A stretch of 64,000 nucleotides of DNA from assembly GCA_963816355.1 (NCBI GenBank), contig CAWFKH010000005.1, positions 1 to 64,000 on the forward strand. Direction: 5' to 3'. Both the position numbers and the translations under genes were made by a program. Origin of the DNA: an uncultured Gemmatimonadales bacterium (lineage in GTDB: Bacteria > Gemmatimonadota > Gemmatimonadetes > Longimicrobiales > RSA9). Below the pieces are notes generated by a model. That model did not search any database and was not told the origin of the DNA. It saw only the letters and a list, made by a program, of their open reading frames with translations. Of this stretch, positions 18,901-27,115 are shown piece by piece (the first letter of the stretch is position 1; the number at the start of each line of letters is the position of its first letter).

Positions 18901-21900
18901 CGGCGCCGAGGCCGGGGAGGTCGCTGGTGAGGCCGCGCATGACGCCGTAGGTGAGGCGCTTCGCCCAGCGCGAGCCGACGAGGCGGAGGCGCGCGATCTG
19001 GATGACGGCGGCGCCGCCGCCCACCGCGGCGCCGGTGGCGGTGAGGCGCAGCTCCTTGATCGAGCGGAGCGTGCCGGTGTTGGCGCCGTTGAGGGCGAGG
19101 CCGGCGTCGCGGAGCGGGACGCGGTAGAGCTGGAAGTCCGTGTGGGTCTGGTCGCGGCCGCGGACGAGGTAGCGGGAGAGGCGGTCGAGCGGGACGACGT
19201 AGCGGAAGTAGGGGCCGTCGCCCTGATCGAGCAGCCCGTTGCCGTCGAGGTCCTCGCTGTCGATGAGGCCGTTGCCGCGGGTGCAGTCGGCGCGCGGGTC
19301 GCCGAGCGGGTAGCTCTTGCCGGGCTCCGCCTGGCACGCCTGGTTCCACAGCCCTCGCTGGTCCTCGAGCTGCCCCCACACCTCGCCTTCCCCGAGGCGC
19401 GCCTCCTGGTCGAGCACCGTGAGGCCCCACGGGTGGCCGTCCGGGAAGGTGCCGTTGGTGGCGCCCTGTGCGTCGAAGTAGAACGCGTCCTCGGAGATCG
19501 TGCCGAGGTCGAAGACGAGCTGGACGTCGCGGCCCGCGGGCGCGGCGGCGTAGAACTCGATGTACTCGGTCTGCGTGAGGTCGCGCCCGGTCTCGGAGAG
19601 GACCGTGGTGACGCCGCGCCAGACGCGCGCGCCCGGCTCCGGCGCGCCGCCGCCGCTGCCGCCGCCGCCCGAGGCGCCGAGCGAGAGGTAGAGCACGTTC
19701 TCCTGGACCTGCGCGCCGGCGACGTTGATCAGGCTGTCGATCGAGAGCGCGGTGCGCGCGCCGACGGTCTGGTCGCCGGCGGTGTACTCGCGCTGCCAGA
19801 CGAGGGAGGCGGCGGACGCGACGTCGAGCGAGGGCGGCAGCGCGTCCTCGGCGCCGGAGGTCTGGTCGGGGCGCGAGGCGAGGGACCAGGCACGGCGCTC
19901 GAGCGAGAGCGGGATCGCGTCGGAGGCCTCGAAGTCGTCGAGGTAGGTGTCCCCCTTCGTGTTCGGGTCCGGCATCGAGAAGGCGACTTCACCGCTGAGG
20001 CGCAGGTCGGAGGGCGGGGGCGTGGCGCCCTGGCGGAGCGGCAGCGCGGCGAGCGCGCGGTCGAGGAAGGCGCCGCCCAGGTCGATCGAGCCGCTCACGC
20101 CGCCCATCAGGATCGAGGCGGGCTCGAGGCCCAGCTCGGGCCGCGTCTGCAGCGCCTTCTCGGCGCGGTAGAGGCCGACGAAGTCGAGGCCGCCGCGCGC
20201 GCCGAGGTCGTAGTGGCCGTCGAGGCCCGCGACCGTCGTCGGCGCCACGTCGAAGACCGCTTTCGACTCCCACGTCGCGTGGATCTTCCCGTTCGGGTGC
20301 GCCGCGATGAGCTGCGCCGCGTTCTTCAGCGTGATGGTGCCGAGGTCGTAGTCGATGACGTAGTCGACGCCGCGCACGAGCGGCACGCCGTCGAGCGTCA
20401 GGCGCTCGCTGCCGTCGCGGATGCCGAAGGCGCCGAGCGAGAAGGAGGCGGCGTCGCCGTCGACCGGCTGGCGGTAGCGCAGCGAGAGGCGGAAGCGGGA
20501 GGCCGCCTGGCGCGTCGTCGGATCCGGCTCGTCGTAGATCGCGGGGTTCGCGTCGCCGTCGAGCGCGGCGGCCGCGGCGTCGGCGGAGAGCGAGGCGGAG
20601 GGCGGCGGCACGGCGAACGGCTTCAGCGTGGGGAAGACGACGAAGGTGCCGCCGACGCGGACGGAGGCGGGCGAGCCGCCGAGCGCGCCGCCGGCGGGCT
20701 CGAAGACGCGCGAAGCGTCGAGCTTCTCGAGCGGCGCGTCGTCGTCCATCCCGAAGAGGCGGAGGAAGGAGACCTGGCGGCCGCCGGCGTCGACGAAGGA
20801 GCGGCCGGCGCCCAGCTCGCCGAGCGAGACGTCGAGATCGATCGTCGCGGGGTCGAGCGAGGCGGACGCGTCGACGCGGTAGACCTGGTGCATCTCGTAC
20901 TCCCACGTCGGCTGCCCCGGCTGGTGCAGCGTGGTGGGGCCGCGCAGCAGGCGGAGCTGCGGCGTGGGGCCGCCCGCGGCGCGGTCTCCGGCGACGAGCG
21001 CGCCGACGGTGTCGCCGCTCTCGGTGACGTAGCCGATGGCGAGCGCCTCGTCGGGCCGCAGCGGCGAGCGCAGCGTGAGCCACAGCCCGCTCGAGTGCAC
21101 GATGTAGTCCTCGCCGGGCACGAGGCGGCGGAAGAGCCCGCTGTGGCGCTGCACGCCGTCGGCGGTCGTCGCGTCGGCGAGGAAGTAGCCGAGCTGGCCC
21201 TGCTGCTGCGGGTTCGTGAGCGAGGGCCGCTCGTCGCGGTAGAGCACGATCGAGGTGCCGTCCTGCGGCCGCGCGGAGGGCGGCGCGGCGCCCGCCGAGA
21301 GGGCGAGCGCGTCGACCTGCGGGTAGCCGGCGAGGAGGCGCGGATCGACGACGAAGAAGAACTGCCCCTTCACGTAGTCGCCGTCGTCGAGCACGAGCTG
21401 CTGCTCCTGCACGAACGCGCCCTCGCTCCGGCCCGAGCCCGCGCCCACGCCGCCCGCGTCCGTCGCGGAGCCGCCGAAGCCAATGCGGCCCACGCCGCCG
21501 GCGGCGCCCAGCGAGCCGATCTCGAAGTCGCGCGAGGAGACGTCGCCCTTCTGCTGCGCGAAGACGGTCTCGAGCGACAGCGGGCCGTGGCGTGCGGTGG
21601 CGCGAAAGCCGAAGTTGCCGCCGGGCACGCCCTCGGTGAGGTAGCGCGACGCCGGCAGCGCGATCGAGACGTCGCCCACCTCGACGCGCTGCAGCAGCTC
21701 GCCGTCGAGACCCTGGTAGAAGACGTTGATGTTGTTGGCCGCCGTGAACTCGCGGCGCTGGTCGTAGTCGACGTCGACGTGGATGCGCTGCGAGATCGTG
21801 CCGCCCACCTTCACGGCGAACTGCAGGTCCGGCCGGAGCTGCGGGAAGAGGCCCGGATCGCAGCCGAGCTGGAACGTCGGGTCGCACGGCCGGAAGCGGT

Positions 21901-22540
21901 TCCACGCGCCGCCCAGCTCGCCGCGGCCGTTCACCTCCATGTCGAGGTCGGCGTACTGCGCGACGACGTCCGGCAGCAGGTTCGGCGACGCGCCGCCCGC
22001 CGGCGCCACGCCGGGCAGCGATGCGGCGGAGTCCGCGCCCGCGGCGGCGGCCGCGGGCGCGGCGGAGTCGGCCGCGGGCGCGGCGGAGTCGGCGGCGGCG
22101 GCGGCCGAGGCGGGCGCGGCGGCTGCGCGTGCGAGCTCGCCGGCTGCGCGTGCGGCGGGAAGGAACCGGGCCCGGCGGAAAAGCGTACTCGGCAGCGGCA
22201 GGGCGCGCCGGGCCCGCTCGCGGGCGGCGTCCCACGCGCGCGCGACGGCCGGGTTCGTCGGGTCGCCGAGCGCCCACGCCGGCGGCGGGGCGGCGGCGAG
22301 GCGGGCCGCCCACGGCAGCGCGAGGCGGCGCAGCCCGAGCGCGAACGGCAGCGAGTCGGGCGCGGGCCGCAGCGAGTCGGGCGCGGGCGCGAGCGAGTCG
22401 AGCGCGGGCGCGAGCGAGTCGGGCGCGGGCGCGGCGGCGACGGCGGTGTCCGGGCGCGCGGGGAGCGGCCGCTGTGCGGCGGCCGGGCGCGCGCTACAGA
22501 GCAGCAGGAGCGGAAGCCAGAAGGGCCTGCGAGGGCGCAT
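15923..22540 (-). CDS. sprA: SprA-like large outer-membrane beta-barrel (T9SS translocon homologue)
   Basis: 2205 aa with signal peptide; VDVDYDQRREF...NNINVFYQG...LLQRVEVGDVS; L.RGVDYVIDYDLGTI; DSEDLDGNG; GELWVDELRL. Confidence 0.8.
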   Translation of the reverse strand: MRPRRPFWLPLLLLCSARPAAAQRPLPARPDTAVAAAPAPDSLAPALDSLAPAPDSLRPAPDSLPFALGLRRLALPWAARLAAAPPPAWALGDPTNPAVARAWDAARERARRALPLPSTLFRRARFLPAARAAGELARAAAAPASAAAAADSAAPAADSAAPAAAAAGADSAASLPGVAPAGGASPNLLPDVVAQYADLDMEVNGRGELGGAWNRFRPCDPTFQLGCDPGLFPQLRPDLQFAVKVGGTISQRIHVDVDYDQRREFTAANNINVFYQGLDGELLQRVEVGDVSIALPASRYLTEGVPGGNFGFRATARHGPLSLETVFAQQKGDVSSRDFEIGSLGAAGGVGRIGFGGSATDAGGVGAGSGRSEGAFVQEQQLVLDDGDYVKGQFFFVVDPRLLAGYPQVDALALSAGAAPPSARPQDGTSIVLYRDERPSLTNPQQQGQLGYFLADATTADGVQRHSGLFRRLVPGEDYIVHSSGLWLTLRSPLRPDEALAIGYVTESGDTVGALVAGDRAAGGPTPQLRLLRGPTTLHQPGQPTWEYEMHQVYRVDASASLDPATIDLDVSLGELGAGRSFVDAGGRQVSFLRLFGMDDDAPLEKLDASRVFEPAGGALGGSPASVRVGGTFVVFPTLKPFAVPPPSASLSADAAAAALDGDANPAIYDEPDPTTRQAASRFRLSLRYRQPVDGDAASFSLGAFGIRDGSERLTLDGVPLVRGVDYVIDYDLGTITLKNAAQLIAAHPNGKIHATWESKAVFDVAPTTVAGLDGHYDLGARGGLDFVGLYRAEKALQTRPELGLEPASILMGGVSGSIDLGGAFLDRALAALPLRQGATPPPSDLRLSGEVAFSMPDPNTKGDTYLDDFEASDAIPLSLERRAWSLASRPDQTSGAEDALPPSLDVASAASLVWQREYTAGDQTVGARTALSIDSLINVAGAQVQENVLYLSLGASGGGGSGGGAPEPGARVWRGVTTVLSETGRDLTQTEYIEFYAAAPAGRDVQLVFDLGTISEDAFYFDAQGATNGTFPDGHPWGLTVLDQEARLGEGEVWGQLEDQRGLWNQACQAEPGKSYPLGDPRADCTRGNGLIDSEDLDGNGLLDQGDGPYFRYVVPLDRLSRYLVRGRDQTHTDFQLYRVPLRDAGLALNGANTGTLRSIKELRLTATGAAVGGGAAVIQIARLRLVGSRWAKRLTYGVMRGLTSDLPGLGAGVTDVRVGPVSRITDGATYASPPGVHNQLQDPTAAYGVTGVEFNEKSLRVGFAALEPGERAEVFYRYPQQPRNFLSYRDLRLWAVQAPAPAAGAAGGASGDLRFLLKVGSDPRNFYLYQSPLKPPAGGAVQETDWLPERVVDFRRWFDLRAQAEERLAARGGSGEPVEVWSDDSTYAVVLQDRAAAPNLAAVRELSLAVYNAGAFPADGELWVDELRLGAPLTDPGLAGHLDLDITAGDFLSGTASVSRRGALYRQLSTGADYQGANDFAFNGTARLGRLAPPAWGLQMPLSVQLERTAVSPFFLQQSDVAASRLSGLRPSGARRTRLALVVRRDAPADSSLLGAIVDGATLRLGYSSIASDAIVASQRLRAFDAGLSWNARPVARSFDLTPGFLDRLLRGLAPAWLERSEMMQRILGARLRWTPSDVAVGASYHDQTNRSQRFDQVVATAASPDLPAVVAPERRLDDELRFGLRPLESLSTSVEVRSGRDLLDPAAIPGGPFEKAAVARLRQSLAGLGVGWERARWVSSRLDFRPRLSSWLQPGVSYASSYTTSRSPSLLELEVLGDDTTATMLRGASAQREVRSTVRVVPAELWGGGGGRAGGGDRSGIWNGGSGGGSGGTGSGGVGSGGTGGGTGSGGAGASRGGVGDSGTSGSGGTSDSGTSGSGGMGSGGGGASRGGVGAVLGGIVRAIQPIDLAWSAAVSSRFDRATAAPGLDYQLGWGGLGAFRSIDGDTAVTALGRNLFRARSGVALPAGARVDVAYSTGTAQILNLGGGARTQDERTWPDVRLSWTPPSLPGAFGDAVDRLSLSAGYRWTTRDDHLLGGGGELRGRRERSVPLQLALGAGGLSASWTGSLGGGRSFDATGSSRATSADQAVQLAGSFLAPDALRADFPNPFRLSLSWRYQAENECRTGPDGCAAFLDVLNRGFHVTLETLVSDLQLGLQASYDDRRSFIGTRTGSSQFQLGLFGQFRFTSSAGRQSPLAPPGG

Positions 22541-22699
22541 CCTTCACGCCGCGTTCGGTCGGAGTCGGGACAGGTCGTCCACCTGCGATCGGCCGGCCCG
22601 CCGCGGGCGCGCATCTCGCCGCGGCGCCGCGGGACGGCTTGTGGGAGTGGTAAAGATGAAACATAGTAAGCGTTTACGCGCTTCTCAACCCGGGACCGC

Positions 22700-24157
22700 A
22701 TGCGCATCCTGACGCGATACCTGATCCGGTCTCACATCGGGCCGTTCCTCTTCGCGGTGAGCGCGCTGAGCGGGCTGCTGCTGATCAACGTGGTGGCGCA
22801 GCGTTTCCAGGACCTCGCCGGCAAGGGTCTGACGCCGGGCGTGATCGGGGAGGTGTTCCTGCTCTCGATCCCGCACACGCTGGCGCTGACGATCCCGATG
22901 GGCGTGCTGGTGGCGGTGCTGTACGCGTTCGGCCAGATGGCGGCGGAGAACGAGGTGACGGCGCTGAAGGCGAGCGGCATCAACATCGCGCGGCTGCTGC
23001 TGCCGCTGCTGCTGGCGGCGGGCGTGCTCACGGTGGGGATGGTCTACTTCATGGACCAGGTGCTGCCGAACGCGAACCACCGGCTGGCGAACCTGCTGGT
23101 CGACATCGCGCGCAAGAGCCCGACGCTGCAGCTCAAGGAGCAGGTGATCAACGAGATCCGCGCCGGCGACATGCGCTCGCGCTACTACCTGCAGGCGGCG
23201 GAGATCGACCACGCGACGAACCGGCTGAAGGACGTCGCGATCTACGACATGAGCGAGCGCGGCCACTTCCGCACGATCTACGCGGACAGCGGCCGCATGG
23301 CGTTCAACGCGGCGCGGACGGACCTCTACCTGACGCTCTACGACGGCTGGATCCACGAGCTGGAGTCGGACGAGGCGGCCACGTTCCAGCGCGTGTTCTA
23401 CGACAAGCAGCAGATCCGCATCGAGGGCGTCGGCAACCAGCTCGAGCGCGGCGAGGACGCCTACCGCTCGGACCGCGAGATGTCGCTCGCGATGCTGGAC
23501 ACGGACATCGACCAGGCGCGGCAGAACCTGGCGCGCGTGCGTGAGGATGCGACGTCGCTCTCCCTGCGCGCGGTCGACGGCGCGCTCGTCGGCTGGAGCG
23601 GCGTGCCGTCGCCGGGGACGCCGCGCATCGGGGCGGACACGACGACGATGCGCGGCGACTTCCCGGCCGCGTGGAAGCCGACGTCGGGCGAACCGCGGCC
23701 GACGCGCGCCGACGCGCTGACGCGGCGCGTGCACACGCAGATCGTGTCGTATTCGGAGGAGGCGAGCGCGCTGCTGGACCGCATCGGTCAGCGCAAGGTC
23801 GAGTGGCACAAGAAGCTCGCGATCCCGGCGGCGTGCATGGTGTTCGTGCTGATCGGCGCCCCGCTCGCCATCCGCTTTCCGCGCGGCGGCGTGGGGATGG
23901 TGATCGCGATCTCGCTCGCGATTTTCGGCGTCTATTACATCGGCCTGACGGGCGGCGAGTCGCTGGGCGATTCGCGCAGGATCCCCGCGTTCTGGGCGAT
24001 GTGGGCGCCGGACGTGCTGTTCCTGATGGTGGGCCTGCTGGCGGTGTCGCAGCTCGGGCGCGTGACGGCGACGTCGCGCGGCGGCGGCTGGGACGACTTC
24101 CTCTACTCGATCCGCTCGCTCCTCACGCGCCCCGCGCGCGCGCTGAAGCGGGCCTGA
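22700..24157 (+). CDS. lptF: LPS export ABC transporter permease LptF
   Basis: MRILTRYLIR, ENEVTALKASGI, EWHKKLAIPAAC. Confidence 0.85.
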   Translation: MRILTRYLIRSHIGPFLFAVSALSGLLLINVVAQRFQDLAGKGLTPGVIGEVFLLSIPHTLALTIPMGVLVAVLYAFGQMAAENEVTALKASGINIARLLLPLLLAAGVLTVGMVYFMDQVLPNANHRLANLLVDIARKSPTLQLKEQVINEIRAGDMRSRYYLQAAEIDHATNRLKDVAIYDMSERGHFRTIYADSGRMAFNAARTDLYLTLYDGWIHELESDEAATFQRVFYDKQQIRIEGVGNQLERGEDAYRSDREMSLAMLDTDIDQARQNLARVREDATSLSLRAVDGALVGWSGVPSPGTPRIGADTTTMRGDFPAAWKPTSGEPRPTRADALTRRVHTQIVSYSEEASALLDRIGQRKVEWHKKLAIPAACMVFVLIGAPLAIRFPRGGVGMVIAISLAIFGVYYIGLTGGESLGDSRRIPAFWAMWAPDVLFLMVGLLAVSQLGRVTATSRGGGWDDFLYSIRSLLTRPARALKRA

Positions 24158-24167
24158 GGCCGCCGCG

Positions 24168-25238
24168 ATGCGCATCTTCGACCGCTACGTTGCGGGCCAG
24201 TTCGTGCGGCTGTTCGCGCTCTTCACGGCGGCGGCGCCCACGCTCTTCATCCTGGGCGACCTGACGGACAACCTGCAGAAGTACCAGCAGCGCTCGCTGA
24301 CGGGGGGCGAGGTGGCGCTCGGCTACCTCTATCAGCTCCCGCTCTTCGTGCTCTGGTCGCTGCCGATCGCCGCGCTGATCGCGACCGTCTTCACCGTCAA
24401 CGGCATGACGCGCCACTCGGAGGTCGCGGCGGCGAAGGCGGGCGGCGTCAGCTTCCACCGCCTCTTCCTGCCCCTGCCGTTCGTCGGCATCGCGCTGACG
24501 GCCTTCGGCCTCGTCCTCTCCGAGGTGGTGCCGATCGCCAACGAGCGCCGCGCCGTCCTCATGCACGAGGTGTCGCCGCTCAACACGACGCGCGAGGACT
24601 TCGTCTACCGCAGCCGCGACGGCTCGGTCTTCGAGATCCGCCGGCTGGTGCCGGAGGCGCGTCGCATCTACGACCTGGTGATCGAGCGCGAGGGCGACGA
24701 GCCGACGAACCCCGGCGAGCAGGTCGTCGCGAAGCAGGCGGTCTACACCCCCGGCGAGGGCTGGCTCCTCAGCAACGGCTACCTGCGCCTCTTCTACGGC
24801 GAGGGTCAGGAGCGCACGGTCGAGTTCGCGCAGCTCCAGGACCCCGGCTTCCAGGAGACGCCGGAAGAGCTGCTCGCGCGGCCCCGCGAACCGGAGCAGA
24901 TGCGCTACGCCGAGCTCGGCCGCTTCATCGAGATCCTCCGCCGCTCCGGCGGCAAGCCCCTCAAGCTCGAGGTCGAGCAGGCGCAGAAGATCGCGCTCCC
25001 GATCGCGACGCTCGTCATCATCCTCTTCGCCGCGCCGCTCGCCACCTCCTCCCGACGCGGCGGGGCGGCGTACGGCGTGGGCGTGTCGCTCGCCGTGACG
25101 ATCGTCTACCTGATGCTCTTCAAGATCGCCGGCGCCGCGGGCGCGAGCGGCACCCTCAACCCGTACGCGGCAGCGTGGCTGCCGAACGCGTTGTTCACGG
25201 CGGCGGGGCTGGGCCTGCTGGCGCGCGTCAAGACGTAG
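24168..25238 (+). CDS. lptG: LPS export ABC transporter permease LptG
   Basis: MRIFDRYV, HSEVAAAKAGGVS, AAWLPNALF; follows lptF. Confidence 0.85.
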   Translation: MRIFDRYVAGQFVRLFALFTAAAPTLFILGDLTDNLQKYQQRSLTGGEVALGYLYQLPLFVLWSLPIAALIATVFTVNGMTRHSEVAAAKAGGVSFHRLFLPLPFVGIALTAFGLVLSEVVPIANERRAVLMHEVSPLNTTREDFVYRSRDGSVFEIRRLVPEARRIYDLVIEREGDEPTNPGEQVVAKQAVYTPGEGWLLSNGYLRLFYGEGQERTVEFAQLQDPGFQETPEELLARPREPEQMRYAELGRFIEILRRSGGKPLKLEVEQAQKIALPIATLVIILFAAPLATSSRRGGAAYGVGVSLAVTIVYLMLFKIAGAAGASGTLNPYAAAWLPNALFTAAGLGLLARVKT

Positions 25239-25239
25239 A

Positions 25240-25640
25240 GGGCGCGGGGACCGGGGAGGGCGCGGGGGGGAGGGCGCCGGGGGAGGGCGCGGAGGAGGGC
25301 GCGGGGGAGGGCGCGGAAGCGTCGCGCGGGCGTCGCGGCGGTTTGAGGCGTCGCGGCGCGGCTGACGGCGGTGCGGTCTGTTTCACGCGGAGGGCGCGGA
25401 GGGCGCGGAGGGGTTTGCGGGCGAGGCGGCGTTCGCGGGCGGAGCGGCGGGCGGGGCGGGGGGCGGCCGGGCGGGGCGGCGGGCGGGCGCCGTGGCGGGC
25501 GGGGCGGGGCGGCGGGCGCGGCGGGGCGGCGGGCGGGCGGCGCCGCGGGCGCCGTGGCGGGCGGGGCGGCGGGCGGGCGGCGCCGCGGGCGGGCGGCGCC
25601 GCGGGCGCCGTGGCGGGCGGGGCGGGGCGGCGGGCGGAGC
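25240..25640. repeat. G-rich low-complexity repeat tract
   Basis: GGGCGCGGAG and GGCGGGCGGGGC iterations. Confidence 0.8.
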
Positions 25641-25839
25641 GCATCGCAGTCGAAGCCGCCGGATTCTCTTGTAGGTCTTCGTCGCGCCACGAACGTTCCC
25701 GGCCGGGTTGCCCTCGCCACAGAGAGATGTAAGCCTCGCTTCGAAGCAGCATCGCGCCGGTCCTCCTCCGCGTCTCCAGCGGCCGCCGCGTGAAACGCGA
25801 TGCCGGCAAACGCTACGGACGCCGGCAAGTCCGCCCGGC

Positions 25840-26402
25840 CGGCGCCGCCGCGGGGGGAGCCGCCGCGGGGGGGAGCTGCCGCGGGGGGGGCGCGCCGCCG
25901 CGGGGGGGGGCTGCCGTGGGGGGCGCCGCCGTCCCGGGGGGGAGCTGCCGCGGGGGCGCGCCGCCGCGGGGGGGAGCGCGCCGCCGCGGGGGGAGCTGCC
26001 GTGGGGGGCGCCGCCGCCGCGGGGGGAGCCGCCGCGGGGGGGAGCTCGCCGCGGGGGGGAGCGCGCCGCCGCGGGGGGGAGCTGCCGTGGGGGGCGCCGC
26101 CGCGGGGGGAGCCGCCGCGGGGGGGAGCTGCCGCGGGGGGCGCCGCCGCGGGGGGGCGCGCCGCCGCGGGGGGAGCGCGCCGCCGCGGGGGGGAGCTGCC
26201 GCCGCGGGGGGAGCCGCCGCGGGGGGGGCGCGCCGCCGCGGGGGGGAGCTGCCGCGGGGGGCGCCGCCGCCCGCGGGGGGGGAGCTGCCGTGGGGGGCGC
26301 CGCCGTCCCGGGGGGGAGCTGCCGCGGGGGCGCGCCGCCGCGGGGGGGAGCGCGCCGCCGCGGGGGGGAGCTGCCGTGGGGGGCGCCGCCGTCCCGGGGG
26401 GC
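25840..26402. repeat. About 560-bp degenerate G-run tandem array (GCCGCCGCGGGGGGAGC-type units)
   Basis: Dozens of G5-G8 runs on the + strand. Confidence 0.9.
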
Positions 26403-26582
26403 GAGCAATTTCTCGTAATGGACGTCCGCTCCCAGATCGCCATCCGGATTTGTTCCGGAAAGCGGGCAATATCTCGAGAGAGATCCGGTAAGCGCCCGAC
26501 CATTACGAGATTCTTCCCGGTTTCCGAGCAAAATCCGGATGGCGACGATCGGGCCGGCGTCGATTACGAGATTCTTCTCGCT
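26403..26582 (+). repeat. 180-bp internally palindromic dispersed element, copy 1 (MITE-like)
   Basis: TCTCGTAAT...CGCCATCCGGATTT...AAATCCGGATGGCG...ATTACGAGA; the second copy is inverted at 33849-34028. Confidence 0.85.
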
Positions 26583-26689
26583 CGGTGGCCGGCCCGGCGC
26601 TGAGCGGCGCCGGCGCAAGGCATTCGCCGGCGGCCGGAAGCGGAGGAGCCGCCCCGCCGCGAGTTCCGCGGCAATGCGACAGCGCCAGA

Positions 26690-27050
26690 CCGTGAGCGGA
26701 CAACGCCGGACCGTGAGCGGACGGCGCTATCCCGAGCGGAGCGGAGCCATCCCGTGAGCGGACGGAGCCATCCCGCGAGCGGACGGAGCCATGCTGTAGC
26801 GGACGGAGCCGGACCGTGAGCGGAGCGGAGCCATCCCGTGAGCGGAGGGATCCATGCTGTAGCGGACGGAGCCATGCTGTAGCGGACGGAGCCATGCTGT
26901 AGCGGAGCGGAGCCATCCCGTGAGCGGAGCGGAGCCATCCCGTGAGCGGAGCGGAGCCATCCCGTGAGCGGAGCGGAGCCATCCCGTGAGCGGAGCGGAG
27001 CCATCCCCGTGAGCGGAGCGGAGCCATCCCGCGAGCGGAGCGGAGCGGAC
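26690..27050. repeat. 20-23-bp tandem repeat array (GAGCGGAGCGGAGCCATCCCGT / GAGCCATGCTGTAGCGGACG)
   Basis: More than 10 units visible. Confidence 0.9.
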
Positions 27051-27115
27051 CGAACCGGCGGCGAAGCCCGCCGCGCATCGCTCCCGCGACGCCTCCGGCG
27101 CGTGTACTTTGCGGA

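Noticed and set aside
17576..22666. 1696-aa plus-strand ORF and other long antisense ORFs (5479-7140, 34151-37678, 39553-42987, 55193-57586)
   Set aside because: Shadow frames of real high-GC genes; repetitive Arg/Ala/Gly/Val composition and no motifs.
22665..22678. GTAAGCGTTTAC near-palindrome between sprA and lptF as a LacI operator
   Set aside because: Short and imperfect; more likely part of the AT-rich divergent promoter.
25106..26618. Pro/Arg/Gly-rich ORFs in all six frames (also 33300-35208)
   Set aside because: Translations of low-complexity repeat arrays.
26690..27050. Possible CRISPR array
   Set aside because: Contiguous tandem units with no unique spacers; it is a minisatellite.
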